NCBI RefSeq assembly: GCF_006345805.1
Contig: NC_043003.1
Location: forward strand, 111,600,001-111,664,000
Reading direction: 5' to 3'
DNA: 64,000 nt
Origin: Octopus sinensis
Lineage: Eukaryota
Position numbers and translations under genes: made by a program. The notes beneath the pieces were generated by a model. It searched no databases and had not been told where the DNA came from. It saw only the letters and a program-made list of their open reading frames with translations. Each line of letters begins with the position of its first letter. Position 1 is the stretch's first letter. Of the stretch, positions 1-14,449 are shown piece by piece.

Positions 1-311
1 ATTTATTGATTATATTACTGATAGAGAATGATAATTAGTTACGTTGTTTACAATCCGTTTCATAACGTTTTTGATAATGACTACCATGCAATGCTTCATG
101 GTATTTTTCATGGTGTTAAATTGTATGAAAAATTGCTTCTTGCGTGTGTCTATGCCTGTGTGTGGGCTGCTGTGTAGCATGATAGTTTGAATAAGTTCAT
201 TATATCTCTAACAAAACATAATTTTATCTCAGATAGTTAAAATATATACATACATATCATGTATAGAGATATGTATAAATATATATTATGTAAGTATGTA
301 TGTACGTTTGT

Positions 312-368
<57 letters not shown>

Positions 369-404
369 AGTGAATTTTAAAATGCACAGGTCTTTTATAG
401 ATGT

Positions 405-449
405 TTACTGACTTAACCGGTTTCATTTCAAAAAGATTTTCAATAGTAA
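405..449 (-). ncRNA. Degenerate hammerhead-like motif at a PLE-type terminus
   Basis: Minus strand reads ttact-a-TTGAAAA...GAAAC-cggttaa-GTC-agtaa. Stem I is ttact/agtaa, the CUGANGA core is mutated, and it lies ~40 bp from (TA)n. Confidence 0.35.
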
Positions 450-1429
450 AATGTAAGGATTTGAATAGCCTTTGTGGTGTTGAAAAATGGTAAACTTTAG
501 ATGTATTAAAATAGCGATAGGGTCTCTGACATTGATGAGAAAATGTTAAGAAATAGAATCTCTGACAAAAAAAGAAAGTGTTAATAGGGGCCCTATGTTT
601 AAACAGTTAACATAAAAATGTTCAAAATAGGTAGTGAAATAAATTCATTATTATTTATAAGTTCACCAAAAATCATTATTGTATATAAGTATATAAATAT
701 ATACACACACAGAAAAAATTTGGAGATTGTATTTGACAGAAGCAAGCATGTATTCCTTAGTCAAAACTTTATCAGAGATATTTAAGTATTTGTACAGAAT
801 TTTAGGGGAATGGTTAACGTTTTCCTTCATCTTCAGTCTTGTATGTGTGTTTGGCAACGATGGTTGCTATTTTTAGAAGTAGTGTTGAAGGCTTGTTGGT
901 GCGGCAAAGAAGTCAGATGACCTGACTTCGAATATTTTTTGTGGAATCAAAATGATATTTTGTTTCTGGGTTAGTCTGTCATGGTTCAGCGGTTTTTGGA
1001 CTGGTCTTAGTGTTCAGGATGCTGTTAGTGTGTGTGTGTGTTTTGTGTGTGTGTGTGCTTGTCAGTGTGTGTGCGGTTCTATTTGTGACTGGTCTTAGTG
1101 TCCACTGTGTTGTGTGCGTATGGGTCTCTCTATGTATGTGTTTTATATTTAGCAGGTTATGTGTGTATATGTGTGCACGTTTGTGTGTGCGTGTGTATGT
1201 ATGTGATCTGTATTTGTCAGGGTGCTGTGTGTGTGTGTGTATGTGTATGTGTTTGCGTGTATCTGTTTGTTCGTGTGTTTGTAAGTCTGTATGTGCATGA
1301 GCATGTTTGTGTGTGTTATGTTGGTCAGTGTGGTGTGTACGAACACAAACCCCGTCTGCGCCTTCATGAATATACGCATATCTTAGCTGTTTAATTTGTA
1401 TTTGAGCGCAATATTTTAGCATCCTGAAG

Positions 1430-1560
1430 TGGCAAGGAGGCAGGATTATTAGCGCTCCGTGGAAAATGCTTAGCGGAAATTCGTCTGTATTTACCTTCTG
1501 AGTTCCAATGCGACTGCGATCGAATTTGGCAATCATCGTTTCTGGTTCGAAATTGCATTT
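1430..1560 (+). mobile_element. Degenerate tRNA-like SINE, family B head
   Basis: ggcaggattattagcgctccgtggaaaatgcttagcgg...ttctgagttc aligns by eye to the reverse complement of 24900-25012. Confidence 0.6.
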
Positions 1561-2749
1561 CATCAATTCAGAGCCGATGAATATGTAGCAGCTGAGCACT
1601 AGAGTCCTGGAGCACTAGGATCGTTGTAATCGACGTAGCCTCATTCTTGAAATTGATGGTCTTCTGCCAAATTTGAAATAAGTATTTCAGGAGCGTATTT
1701 TAAACCTCGGAGGGGAACAACATTAGTGATAAAGCAAGTACAATCATCAGACCTCGTAATCAACTTAATTACATTTTGCTACATATGATTCGTTTAGACA
1801 ATCAACAAAGCATTTGAGGAACATTAAAAAACAAGTCTTTGTATAAAGTTTCATGTGTCTGGTTAAATACATACAACAAATATACAAGGACAGTGTCAAA
1901 CTATTATCTTCCGTTATATAGTGGTTAGTGCTTAGTTTAAAAAGTATATTGTTTAGTATGTTTAATTTCAACATGCAAAATAATCCACATTCTTCTGAAT
2001 AACACTTAAGATGAAATTTTCCAAGTATGATTTTCATAAATCAGAAAATGAACATATCAATAATGGAAACTGTGAATTCAATAAAGCAAACCGAAGTGTT
2101 AATGAAAGCATTCTAGAACAAGAAATTGAAAGATATGAACGAAAGACATGCTTTGTAAATGAAAAGAAATGGAAAGGCAATTATGGGATAGACTGGTGTT
2201 GAAATTGTCACTCGAGGAATATTATTTTGAATATTAATTTTAGGAAATTTCTGAGGTAAAGAATATAGATTCCTTTATTATATATATCTCGCAAAAGGAT
2301 GAAAATAAAAAAATCACTGACGGGTTGTATGTTTAAAGGAATATAAATCATTATATTAATATTTTTTTAAAATTTTAAGACAACAATTTGACAGTCAACT
2401 AAAATCTGCATGGAAAAAAATTACAAATATTAATAAAGAATAATGCAACAGAGAAAGGGTGAAAAGTAACAAAAACAATTTATGCTTGAGGAAATCATTC
2501 TAGTAAGTGAGTATTTCTTTACATGTCTGAAAATAGAACTTTTTTGTAGTTTATGATCATCTGCAAAATATCTATTCATATCATGCATTCTTGGAATGCA
2601 GTGTTCACGTTTTTAATAAAGGTGTTTCTACATTTGTGTTTACCTCTCCCTATCTAATTCTCTCTCTTTATCTTTCTCTCTGGCTTTCTGTCTCACTCTC
2701 CCCCTGTACACACATATGCACACACACACACACACAAACACACACACGC

Positions 2750-2803
<54 letters not shown>

Positions 2804-3058
2804 TGAGAATGAGAGGCATGCTTATATATATATCTATATATATATACATACATATACATGTATAAATGTATGTGTATTTTTCAATGTGTACAAATAACAG
2901 GGAAAAACTAAATAAGGTTATAGAGTATTCATATAAGTGGCAAGGATATTACAACCTACTTGCAAAAGTAGAAATTCCAGGGTTAAGTGAAAAGTTTTTC
3001 CATAACATAGATAAATTAGGAAAGGGAGTCAAATGTAGGTGTTATTCAAATCTTTATA

Positions 3059-3146
3059 CTTCCGACATATGTTTCGAAGAAAACATTGATATTGTTCCGG
3101 AGGGAAAAATATGATGTATGACAATGCAATCATCTCGTCAGGGAGA
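3059..3146 (-). ncRNA. Type I hammerhead ribozyme with long stem II
   Basis: Minus strand reads ctcc-CTGACGA-gatgattgcattg...caatgttttcttc-GAAAC-atat-GTC-ggaag. Stem III is the palindrome ACATATGT. Homologous to 7495-7583. Confidence 0.7.
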
Positions 3147-3333
3147 AAAAGAGAAACAAAACACATCAATAAACCACTGATGAACGCTGGCGAGTTATTT
3201 TTTAGATAACCGTTAATAGATAGAACGTCAAATGTAATTTAGTGAAAGAGAAGAGAAGAAAGAAAGAAATTAACAGAAAATTAAGAGTGGAAAAATAGGG
3301 TGATAGATGAATAGGAATAAAGCTTGAAAGCGT

Positions 3334-3367
<34 letters not shown>

Positions 3368-4286
3368 AGAGAGAGAGAGAGACATACACACGCACACATA
3401 TGTATATATATATATAGTGGAAATGAAAGACAAGAAGACAGTTAAAGGTCGATATTTAAAGATTGGTAGACATTATTTATAGCACCTAAAAGTATGTTTT
3501 GCACATGTGTAGAACGATAAACGCGCCCTTTATACATGTATACAAGAGGTTTCTCCGCGAAAAGGATGTGTAATTGTCCTTCGCTACAGATCAGGCAAAA
3601 AGAATTATCTTTATCGTATGCGAAGGATCTAGATAGAATGTTCCATACACAAACATAACACTTATAATAATTGTGATTGCAGGGTTTAGAATAACTGTCT
3701 CTTTAAGAATTCATGTAGAAGTAAATATGTAATACGCACATGTACAGTTATAACCCAAGGTAAAAATCATATTTATATAGGTTGAACAGAAAATGCAATT
3801 ACAAAATGTGTCACGACCCACTTTCAGGTATAAACAGAGATTTAATTCTACAGGATTAAGTAAATTTATCTGACAATTAAAGGATAATGATATTAATTTT
3901 GTTCTTAAATGAGATATAATTGCTTCGGTACTATCTTATAATGTCAATAATAAAAATGTCTTTATAACTAAAGTATTCTTTATTCTTTCGTCTAAAATTA
4001 CCTTACCCAATCTTAGAAATGAGAAGAGTAATACCTGTGTTCATGCGGGAAATTATGTATATTCGAAATTCAAATAATGTGTTTATCTCTCTCACACACC
4101 CCTTATCACTGCTACTATATTGCATGGTACGTTCAAGGTAATATAATTACTTATGAACACATTTTATAAAATGAATACTAAATATTTCATATTTTATATT
4201 CAGATAACAATAGTTTTATTTACACGTTTTTACAGATATAGCCAACTAATATTTTTTTTAATATTACGGTATTATACCTAAACATG

Positions 4287-4362
<76 letters not shown>

Positions 4363-4402
4363 CATATACATATATATACATACATATGTATGTATATACA
4401 TA

Positions 4403-4473
<71 letters not shown>

Positions 4474-5339
4474 ATATATATATACATGTGTCTAGATAAC
4501 ATTACCCTTCATTTGGTATAGGAATAATTTTTGATTAGTTAAGTATTACTTTATCTGTTACTATTATTTTTCATGATAATCTAAAACGTTTAGAAAAGTT
4601 ACACTTTACTTCAGTTATTCATAGCAACAATCTCCTAAATAATATTATTTTTAGAGACATAAGAGCAGAATATCGGGTTATAGAAATTTTAAAAAGAGAG
4701 AGCAAGGCACTAATATCGAACCGAGAAATTGATTGTTACATTAACTAATCAGTGTTCACATCGTTGACAGTGTGATCGGTACGGGAAAACGTCCTAATTA
4801 ATGCTGCTAATCAGTTTGTCCGATATGTTCATGATTGTGATAGACATGTTTATTATCATGTCACTGTATATCTATTACACTGTGCATTCCATTCAGCATT
4901 AAGTTCTGTTCTTAACCCTATTATGTCTTGCAATATAAGGGATGTGGCAACCTTAGTGACAATTAGTAACGGTGAAAGTTTTCCTAAACACACACACATA
5001 TACACACGTCTTGTTGTCTCTTTGATACGACACTGAGGGCGTACGTTCTTAATACTCACAGTTAAATAAGCAATAATTTATACGTTCATATTATTATTCA
5101 TCTTACATACTTTGTTATTTTCATGCAGTTGTGTTCAAAATCGTATTGATAATAACTTCTTTAAAAATAAGAGTAGTGAAGATCCATATCAGAAAATGCA
5201 TGTTGTATGAATCTAAATGACGCTCCTCAGCATTAGAAGAGGCAAGAAATATTCATTCTGCACTGGGAAATGAAGTGTTATACTATCAATGCTTTATCCT
5301 GATCCGCTTGGGAAATTTACAATTTACTTATTTCTGTGG

Positions 5340-5690
5340 CTGCTAGTTATTTGGTCTAAATATTAGTTTGGAGCTTCTGATATATTTCCACGTGCATCAA
5401 TAAAAATAGTTATTATTATTGCTTTCAGATGCCACGTTCTTTGAATTTCTATCTCCAATTTTTTATATTTGCTCTGGTTCTCAAACGCTTTCAGAAATAT
5501 ATTTTTGTCAACTGGGACAGCAACACGCATAGAATGTCGACTTCTCACATGATTTTTTATAATGTTATCTGATCGGTTAGTCTCAGATTTCCGTTCAGTC
5601 TAAGCAATGGCATCAACAAATATAGTAACTTCAGAATACTGCAGGAAAATTGGGGGTTTACGTTCCCACCAATTCTATTTGTGGTGGAAG
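5340..5690 (-). mobile_element. Decayed R4/Dong-like RLE LINE 3' fragment
   Basis: Peptide RVAVPVDKNIFLKAFENQSKYKKLEIEIQRTWHLK resembles the RLE region of ORF 15656-16636. It abuts the (ATT)n tract. Confidence 0.75.
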
Positions 5691-5691
5691 T

Positions 5692-5718
5692 TATTATTAT
5701 TGGTGCTGTTGTTATTTA

Positions 5719-5817
<99 letters not shown>

Positions 5818-5856
5818 TGTTATTATTATTATATTATTAATATTATTATTATTATA

Positions 5857-5891
<35 letters not shown>

Positions 5892-5906
5892 CATTATTAT
5901 TATTAT
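5692..5906. repeat. (ATT)n microsatellite
   Basis: Trinucleotide run seen directly. Confidence 0.95.
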
Positions 5907-6662
5907 ATCGTATTATATTGTATATATTTGTAGCTCTCAATACACTTCTGCCAACATTTCTCCTTTACCTTATTTAATATTTGGTGTCCTATTTCTTTTT
6001 TATATAGCTTTTACTCTATTGGATCTTTATATATACCTACATTATAGGTATGTATATATTATAATTATTATCTTGACTATTGCGTAATTGTAACATATTA
6101 TTATATATATATATATATATATATATGTATTAATTGTATTTATATGGATTATGAGGAATATAAGTAAAGGAGAGGAAGAATATTTACGGCTTAGGAGAGC
6201 GAAAGAAAAAACTAAGACTAGAAATCCCCCAGTGAGCGACGTTGAGAAATACGGTACTTCAACCACAAACCAATTCTGGATAATGAATATATGAAAAACA
6301 AAGCACATTTCTTATGAAATATTCCATATCGTTATCATTTATATACTGTTTTAGTATATGGTTTTTAATATGTTGTTTTTCTATAAACAAAATAAGAAGC
6401 TTTTTCGAGAACATTAGAAGCTAACTATATATTTATTTGCTGCACATTGCATGATATTCAGAAGCTTTTCATACATATGCATGTTTGTTCATAACGAATA
6501 ACGACATATTTCAGAGAAACTACCCAACAAACATTGACACAAGACTCCATTATCGTTAAGAATAAACCTTTGCATCATATCTTTTTTTTGTTTTCTATCT
6601 GCTTTATTTACTTGCATACATGTATACATGACATATATTGAACATTTTATATATACATGCAT

Positions 6663-6698
<36 letters not shown>

Positions 6699-7235
6699 GG
6701 GGGGTGTATGTATACACACTCACACAGATATATATATATGTTTGTATGTATGTATGCATGTATATATGAGATATAATGATATATTCCTAAGGAGGATGAT
6801 TTACGTATGTTTAGGTAATAATTAAGAATGTTTGCCGCATAAGGAAACAGGTTATATTTTGATATGGACATACAAACGAAGAAATGTCATATACATCTCA
6901 CTGATTCCTGCCAGAGAATTATTGCATTGTATCCGAAGGCCATTTCTGGATCGATGGAAAATGGGAACTGTTTCATTTTGCATATTCTATAACATCATCT
7001 TTTATTATATTTCTGCACTGTTTTATGACACCATTTCCCAAAATGCAGCTAATTTTTTTTATAGAGAAAATAATGGTAGGCACTGTTAAGAACGTTGCGA
7101 ATGATTTGTAATATTAGAAGTACCTTGCTACAAGTTAGCGGGCATTTCATAGTTATTCACGTTTTCTTTCATTAGAATTGAGAGCGTATTGTACAATATC
7201 CACCAATAAACAATGACAACAAATAATATCACACT

Positions 7236-7297
<62 letters not shown>

Positions 7298-7357
7298 CAT
7301 ATATATATGTATACATATGTATGTATATATATATACATATTATATATATATATATAT

Positions 7358-7388
<31 letters not shown>

Positions 7389-7494
7389 GTATGTGTGTGT
7401 GTGTGTGTATAAATATATACATATATACAAATACATGTATATTTATATACAATAAATAAATGGGATTTAACGCAAGTATAATTCAAATTCTTTT

Positions 7495-7583
7495 ACTTCC
7501 GATATATGTTTCGAAGATATCACTGATATTATTCCAAAGGAATAAAATGGTGTAAAACAATGAAATCTTCTCTTCAGGGAAGT
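7495..7583 (-). ncRNA. Type I hammerhead ribozyme with long stem II
   Basis: Minus strand reads acttcc-CTGAAGA-gaagat...atcttc-GAAAC-atat-ATC-ggaagt. Stem I and the base of stem II are perfect 6-bp helices. The cleavage triplet is AUC, versus GUC in the sister copy. Confidence 0.75.
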
Positions 7584-7926
7584 GAAGAAATGAAACTCGT
7601 CAATAAGGCATTTTAACAGAAAATGATGGATATGTATAGTGATTAACTGAACGCTATTAATATTGTTTGAAAAAACGTTATATGATATAACGTGAGATTA
7701 AACCTATAGGAGAAGGAGGGGTAAATTAAATAAAAGCTAAATAAATGAGAAGTATATGACTATATGTATATTAAATAGAACATTATATACTAGGAAAATG
7801 CATATTTTTAGTGAATGTGAAATATAGAAAGAAAATTAATGTTTAAATTATATATAATGATAGAGTTCACTAATACGTTTGAAGCGTCGTTGAAATGGAA
7901 ATACATCGATATCTTCACAATAAAAT

Positions 7927-8019
7927 GGCGGCGACCTGGCAGAAACTTTATCATGCCATGCCAAACGCGCAGCGGCATTTCGTCTGATTCTTCGTTCTGA
8001 GTTTAAATTCCGCCGAGGA
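7927..8019 (+). mobile_element. tRNA-like SINE family B, 5' fragment
   Basis: ggcggcgacctggcagaaac...cgttctgagtttaaattccgccgagg matches the reverse complement of the 24792-25012 copy. Confidence 0.7.
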
Positions 8020-9379
8020 ATTATTATAATACGTGGTATTTCCCCGTAATATAATAATTTAATTTCGCAATCTACAATAATCATATGAATTTCCTTATAG
8101 TCAATGATTAATTAATATAAAACTAGAGATTCGAACACTCATTAGATGAATTATTTTATATACATTTCATAGTTTCATGTAGTGATGATTTACACTTTTG
8201 TGACACATGTAGGCAATATCAAAATTAGGTTACTAATGTTTGAAAAACAAATCCTTTATTGCTATCGGTATACACCCTGCCTTATAGAAACCAGTGGAAA
8301 ATCAGTGAATTAGCGATAAAGTTTGCATTGGCGTATCTAGATTTGCTTAAGGGATGTAATAAAATGAGTAGAAATAAAACAACTGAAATCGCATGAGTCT
8401 AAATCACGTTTTTAACACTTTTCAATTCGGGTCATCGGCAAACACTTCCGTTCTGTTTTCGGACAGCACTTCTGTTTATATATTCTTATAGGAATAATAC
8501 CTTTGGTACATTTATCCAATTACTCTTATCACACATACTACGTGATGAGATTATAGGTGCGCTGAATTTTAATATTTAAAGGCGTAGGATTGATTATTGT
8601 TGAAATAAGAATGAATGAAGAAATTACGGTGAAAATTTGTGAGATATTTCAACAACTATAAATTTTTATAACCTTTTAAACAGATTAAGTGAATTAAGAC
8701 GGGTCAAAACAAAAGTTAAATTTAGAAATGATGCAGATATTAAATTCGTCAGTGATAATGGCAAAAATATCCCAATTACACATATAGCAACATTGAACGA
8801 AACACATTTCTCAATATTGATAAACAGTAAAATTTAGCATAAGATATCACTGTGTGCATTGACATTCCCATTACAGTGCATTGCTTTTAAAAGTAGGATC
8901 ATTTCGATTGGCAGACTGTTTGATAGTAGTAGCTTGAAGTGGATGGCTGAGATCACCTGCAGTTTTTTTTTTCCTGTTGGAATGCGTCTTATTGCAGTTA
9001 ATATTGCCCAGGAACAGGTAACTCGTTTAGGAGAATTTGAAATCTCATAGCATATATACTTCCTTCTTATACTTTCATCATAATTGGTTTTGAAATAGAG
9101 ATAGGAAATTTGTATTTAATGTCATGGAAGAAATTAAGTTTAGCAGAGCAATAATCCGCGATATTTTATTATCCATGACTAATTTCGGTCTGACCCAAAG
9201 ACATATCCACTTCACAAACTTTAAATATATCTGAACGGTGACTACACTCCTTACAAATATCTGAATGGTTACATAACTCAATTCAGGCTATCTCACCCGT
9301 TTGCGGACTGCGCTCTCGTCTCTTCGTCTACCCAAATGAAACTGGACTTTTGCAATATTATTTTATTCATTTAGTTTTA

Positions 9380-10193
9380 GATGTTTACACCTTTATCGCC
9401 TTCAACGTATTCTCCATTTGAAGTAATGCATCATTCCAGACGCTTTTTACATTGTTCAAAACAGAGCTACACCTCTTGTGAAGTGATGCCTCCGTTGTTT
9501 CTCTTCTCAAACTTTTCCACATCTGCAAATACCCTAGCACCAGCTTTCGTTACCAGTGATGACATTCGGCAAAATATTCGGATCAACTTCCAACTCTTCT
9601 TTCAGTTCACGACACGCATTCAGTCGTGACAGCTTTTGATCTTCTGTGAGCAAGCGAGGTACAAACTTTGCTGCAGCTCTTTTCATTCGCTATTCCTAGC
9701 TCAAAATTCGTTGGCAGGAGCTCCAGATCACGACTGTCATACCAACTAGCACATCAGTTAATTTGTGGCGTCCCTCCAAGAGCAGTTCCTGAATTTTCAT
9801 GATGTTTTTATTCGGTCGGGAGGTCGACAATAACCCTGAATAAGTTTGGCTTTCAAACGACAACCGATCAATCCCAAAGAGGGATAACCAATTGTAAACT
9901 TGTGTTTTGCTCGTCGCAGCGCTCTTATAAGTCGTTTGAAGCCTGACAACTGTTTCAGCCGCTGTTTCCCTCAGCAGTAAAGAGAATTTCACGGAAGCAC
10001 ACCTTTCCTTCATTTCAATCACTGCAAAAATCGACGAATAAGAAAGACTCAATGCAAAAACAAAGACACACAGCATGGCAGTACTACTTCACTTGACTGA
10101 CGCCCTAGGTTCGAATCACGAGGCTTCTAGCGGCAGAAGCTTGAACTGCAATATGTTTGTCCCATAGAGAACTTTTCCGAGTACCTCTTCGTA
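9380..10193 (-). mobile_element. Decayed mariner transposon, N-terminal transposase
   Basis: ERCASVKFSLLLRETAAETVVRLQTTY...SKTQVYNW...SGLLSTS, then AAKFVPRLLTEDQK...VITGNESW. This fits a mariner HTH region and the start of the catalytic domain, with stops and frameshifts. Confidence 0.85.
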
Positions 10194-10555
10194 TCTCCTT
10201 TCCGGAACGTCTAATAGCACTATATTTGTTCCAAGCCCTCGTGTTGTTGTGTTTTCTCTTTGTATATGTTTGGATTAACTATATATATATATATATATAT
10301 ATTTATTTGAGGGAATATTAATCCTAACTTACAGGGAAAAATTCAATTTAGAAATACTAAATAAATTTCACAAAATATAATATATGTATATGTAAAAATT
10401 AGAAAAATACCACCTTTTATCAATTCAAACTGAACAATTAATTACACTACCTAGAAAATTACATATAATAGAAATATTAAAATTTAAATAACAATAATAT
10501 ACCGATGAATAAGTAAATTGAAAAACAATGATAAAAACGTATATAATAGGTAGAA

Positions 10556-10659
10556 TAACGAGACGTGGTTCGTAGCTATATTTAAGAAATGATTATCGTA
10601 AAAAAGTTAATAGTAGTAGTAAAATCACTTCGATATAAATATAGCCTCTCATCAGGTTA
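10556..10659 (-). ncRNA. Degenerate hammerhead motif with long stem II
   Basis: Minus strand reads taac-CTGATGA-gaggctatattta...taaatatagctac-GAACC-acgt-CTC-gtta. Stems I and II pair, but GAAA and GUC are each mutated. Confidence 0.6.
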
Positions 10660-11335
10660 AAAATAAACTAGAATAATAAAATAATTAATTAATAAATATA
10701 TATTTAATATATATATATATAAGATACTAAATATACATTAAGTGAAAACTAAAAACACTACTTAAATTATTCTAAACTTTAAAATTTATTAATATACACA
10801 ATGCTAGTACAATTCATTTATATTGTAATCAAAATACGAAATGGTTCAAATATAGACAAACTCATTAAATAAGCTAACTATATAATTAATATAAATGTGT
10901 AGTATCTATAGATCTAGTATATCACTCTATAATATAGTTGACCAAATATAAATTAATATAATACATAATTATCTTAAATTTAATAATTCTTAATAAATAT
11001 ACCACCTAATAATTAAATAATAATTAAATTAAATATAATACGTTAGATCCTTTTATTAAAAAAATCTAAAAATAGAAATAAGAATAATATCTATCGTAAC
11101 TTATAACTATCAATATATATAAAAATGATATAATGGCAAGAATTATTTGCTAATGGAAAGTAAGTAACTTGTAAGCCCCATAAATTAAAGAAAGGTGCAA
11201 AACTTATTAGAACAAATGAACAATACGGTATGAAGGTTTTCAATCACAATCGCCAGTCCGCTAAATATCCAGTCAATAACAATAATAATAATAACAAATA
11301 GTAAATACCTGCTGTCTTGAAACACCCTGTATATA

Positions 11336-11384
<49 letters not shown>

Positions 11385-11464
11385 TCCCGGGTTGATTCGG
11401 GGTTAACCACAGTAAATAAGGTACTCAATACATAGCAGAGTAAAATTAATTTTTATATAGAAGG

Positions 11465-11515
11465 AGCTTCTACAGGACTAGAACTGTTTCATTCAAGAGA
11501 AATCTTCAGGAAGCT
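11465..11515 (-). ncRNA. Type I hammerhead ribozyme
   Basis: Exact reverse complement of 13045-13095. Confidence 0.85.
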
Positions 11516-12462
11516 AGTTAACAAGAATTGTTTTGGCATTTATACATTTAGGCAGGTTTAAAGGGGTGGTGGTGGGGGACTTTTTGGGGGTAGGCATAGC
11601 GCGAAAATATCATACTTGGGGGAGTGGTCAAGGAGTCAGTGGTAATTTAGATAAAATAATAAATAAAAGAATAAAAAAATATATAGAAGAATAGAGTTTT
11701 AGATAAATAAGGAGATTCTCACTTATACCTATACACATATGTATACATATATACACACACACACATATATGCATACACACATACATACACACACACACAT
11801 ATATACATACACATATATATACATACATATATCTATATAAATATATATATAAACATATATACACACACATATGCATATACATATACGCACACACATGTAT
11901 ATATACACACACGACCACACATATATATACACACAAAAAATATATACATACACACACATACGCATACACACATACACACACATATCCACATACACACATG
12001 CACACACAACACACAACACACAAGTCCCTATATACACATATATACATATACACATACATATACATATATATATACATATATATACATATATACATATGTG
12101 TACCTATACATACCTACACATACACACATATATATATACATACAAATACAAACCCATTCCCTAATTTTAATTTTTTTATCTTCATTTATTACTTTTGTTA
12201 TCTTTGACCGCTGGTCACAAGCATCTTGGCTACGACAGCAAGTCCACTTATCTTTCTACTTGAACACAAGCACTCACTCACGCACGCACACTCATTAGCA
12301 CGCACACTCACTCATTCGCACACTCATACACATACACGCACGTACGCGTTATATTCATACATACATACATCTACATACATTCACATATATACACATACGT
12401 ACGCGTACCTACAGATTCATGTCTACACGCTTAGAAGACTAGTCTATTATACACCCACATAC

Positions 12463-12512
<50 letters not shown>

Positions 12513-13044
12513 GTATATATACATACATACATACACCCATACATACATACATATATACACATACACACACCCACATGTATACATATACATACATATACAT
12601 ATATACACACACATACATACACATATACACATACACACACATACACATAAACATGCGTACCCATACACACGCACACACACGCGCATCCATATATACACAT
12701 AAGTACACACATGCGTAAAAGTATACATATATCTATACATATGCTTACACATACACACACGCGCCTCCTTATGTTCATACTTACATGCGTACTCAAAAAA
12801 TAAATAATAAAATATATAACAAAATATATATACGTGCAGTTATTCAAGAATAGAGTTATTCAACTCTATTCTTCTATATATTTTTTTATTCTTTTATTTA
12901 TTCTTTTATCTAATCTACCACTGACTCCTTGACCACTCCCCCAAGTATGATATTTTTGCGCTATGCCTACCCCCAAAAAGTCCCCCACCACCACCCCTTT
13001 AAACCTGCCTAAATGTATAAATGCCAATACAATTCTTGTTAACT

Positions 13045-13095
13045 AGCTTCCTGAAGATTTCTCTTGAATGAAACAGTTCTAGTCCTGTAGAAGCT
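13045..13095 (+). ncRNA. Type I hammerhead ribozyme
   Basis: agcttc-CTGAAGA-t-ttc(tctt)gaa-t-GAA-ACAG(ttctagtc)CTGT-A-gaagct. Stem I is 6 bp and stem III 4 bp. Cleavage is predicted after GUA at 13089. Confidence 0.85.
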
Positions 13096-13112
13096 CCTTC
13101 TATATAATAAAA

Positions 13113-13146
<34 letters not shown>

Positions 13147-14368
13147 TATATATATGTATGTATATACTCACATACGTATCTACAGTATATTCATGTATGT
13201 ATTTATTTATATCAACCCTTAGTAGCCCATATCTGCTCAGATGTATCGCATTCATAGTTTCCGTTTGTGCTGCAACCCACGAAGCTACTATTTCTATCTT
13301 ATTCAAGACATGGTGAGAGACAAATGCTTTAATATAAATTACGCCCTAAATGAAAGATAAATATGTTTGCGAATATTGTTTTGTACGAAGTCAATCCTTA
13401 TCCTCAAACATATATCGAAAACAGCAGACGTCAACATCTGATCCTCTTCTGAATGAATAAACTAGATTGCATCATTTTCTTCCATTTTAAAGAATCCATA
13501 GAAACATTTGGGGGATATTTTGAAGTTATGTGTATCTGTCCAAGGAAACGCTTAGAATATCTTTTATCGAGTTGTGCAACATAATAAGAAAACTGAAATC
13601 CATATAGAAATTTGATATAATTCTCATTGTTATTGGAATTCAGATTTCAGTTAAGATGTTTACAAATGAGACTAACCCGTGTTAGATTAACAGATTTCCA
13701 GCTGCTAGAAAAATGGAAATAAGCAATTTTCCCATAGACGATAATTTATGTGTACCATTGTATAGCATAAATGAAATCTGCGTTATTGTTAAGGATTACA
13801 GATGTCTTTGGCGGTATATTCTAAATAATTTTGTATCGTAGTGCAATTTTACTTTTATTCACATTTGTGACTAAAATTTTCTTACAGTATGCATTTTATT
13901 TTCCCCAAAAAATAATTTGATATATAAAGTTGTACAACGTAAAAAATCGTTACCATTCTAATTCTTGATTTATAATATTGAATATTTTTTGAAATAGAGC
14001 AGAATAATTTTTTTTGAAATTATTGCATATTTTTTTTCCAATTTTTTATATGAGAAGTATATACAAGTTCTATATTTAAAAGTATCCAGCTGATTTGCTT
14101 CCAGAAAATGTTGAGTGATGTCGAAATACATTGAAATACCTGCTTGACGCCAGTAAGAGTTGATAGTGCAGACGCCATCGGCATCAGTCCAGTCTTTCGT
14201 CCATCCAGATTCAACAAAATAATTGATGTGTTTATTATATTTGACACCAGTTCATCTATTTTGCTGATAACGATCTACTGGGCAACGATGAATTGGCATC
14301 ATTCACATACTGTACACACCCACAGGCACGCACGCACTCATGCACTCACAGAGACATATATCTATATC

Positions 14369-14449
<81 letters not shown>

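Larger units (their letters stand above)
11383..13107 (-). mobile_element. Non-coding foldback PLE-like element with inverted HHR-bearing arms
   Basis: Arms 11453-11698 and 12862-13107 are reverse complements (about 5 mismatches by eye). The spacer is CA/TA low-complexity. The left arm carries an extra ~70 bp tail, and both ends abut (TA)n. Confidence 0.85.

Noticed and set aside
11563-11625. G-quadruplex-like G runs within the foldback arm
   Set aside because: Irregular spacing and no independent support. It is simply part of the repeat arm.
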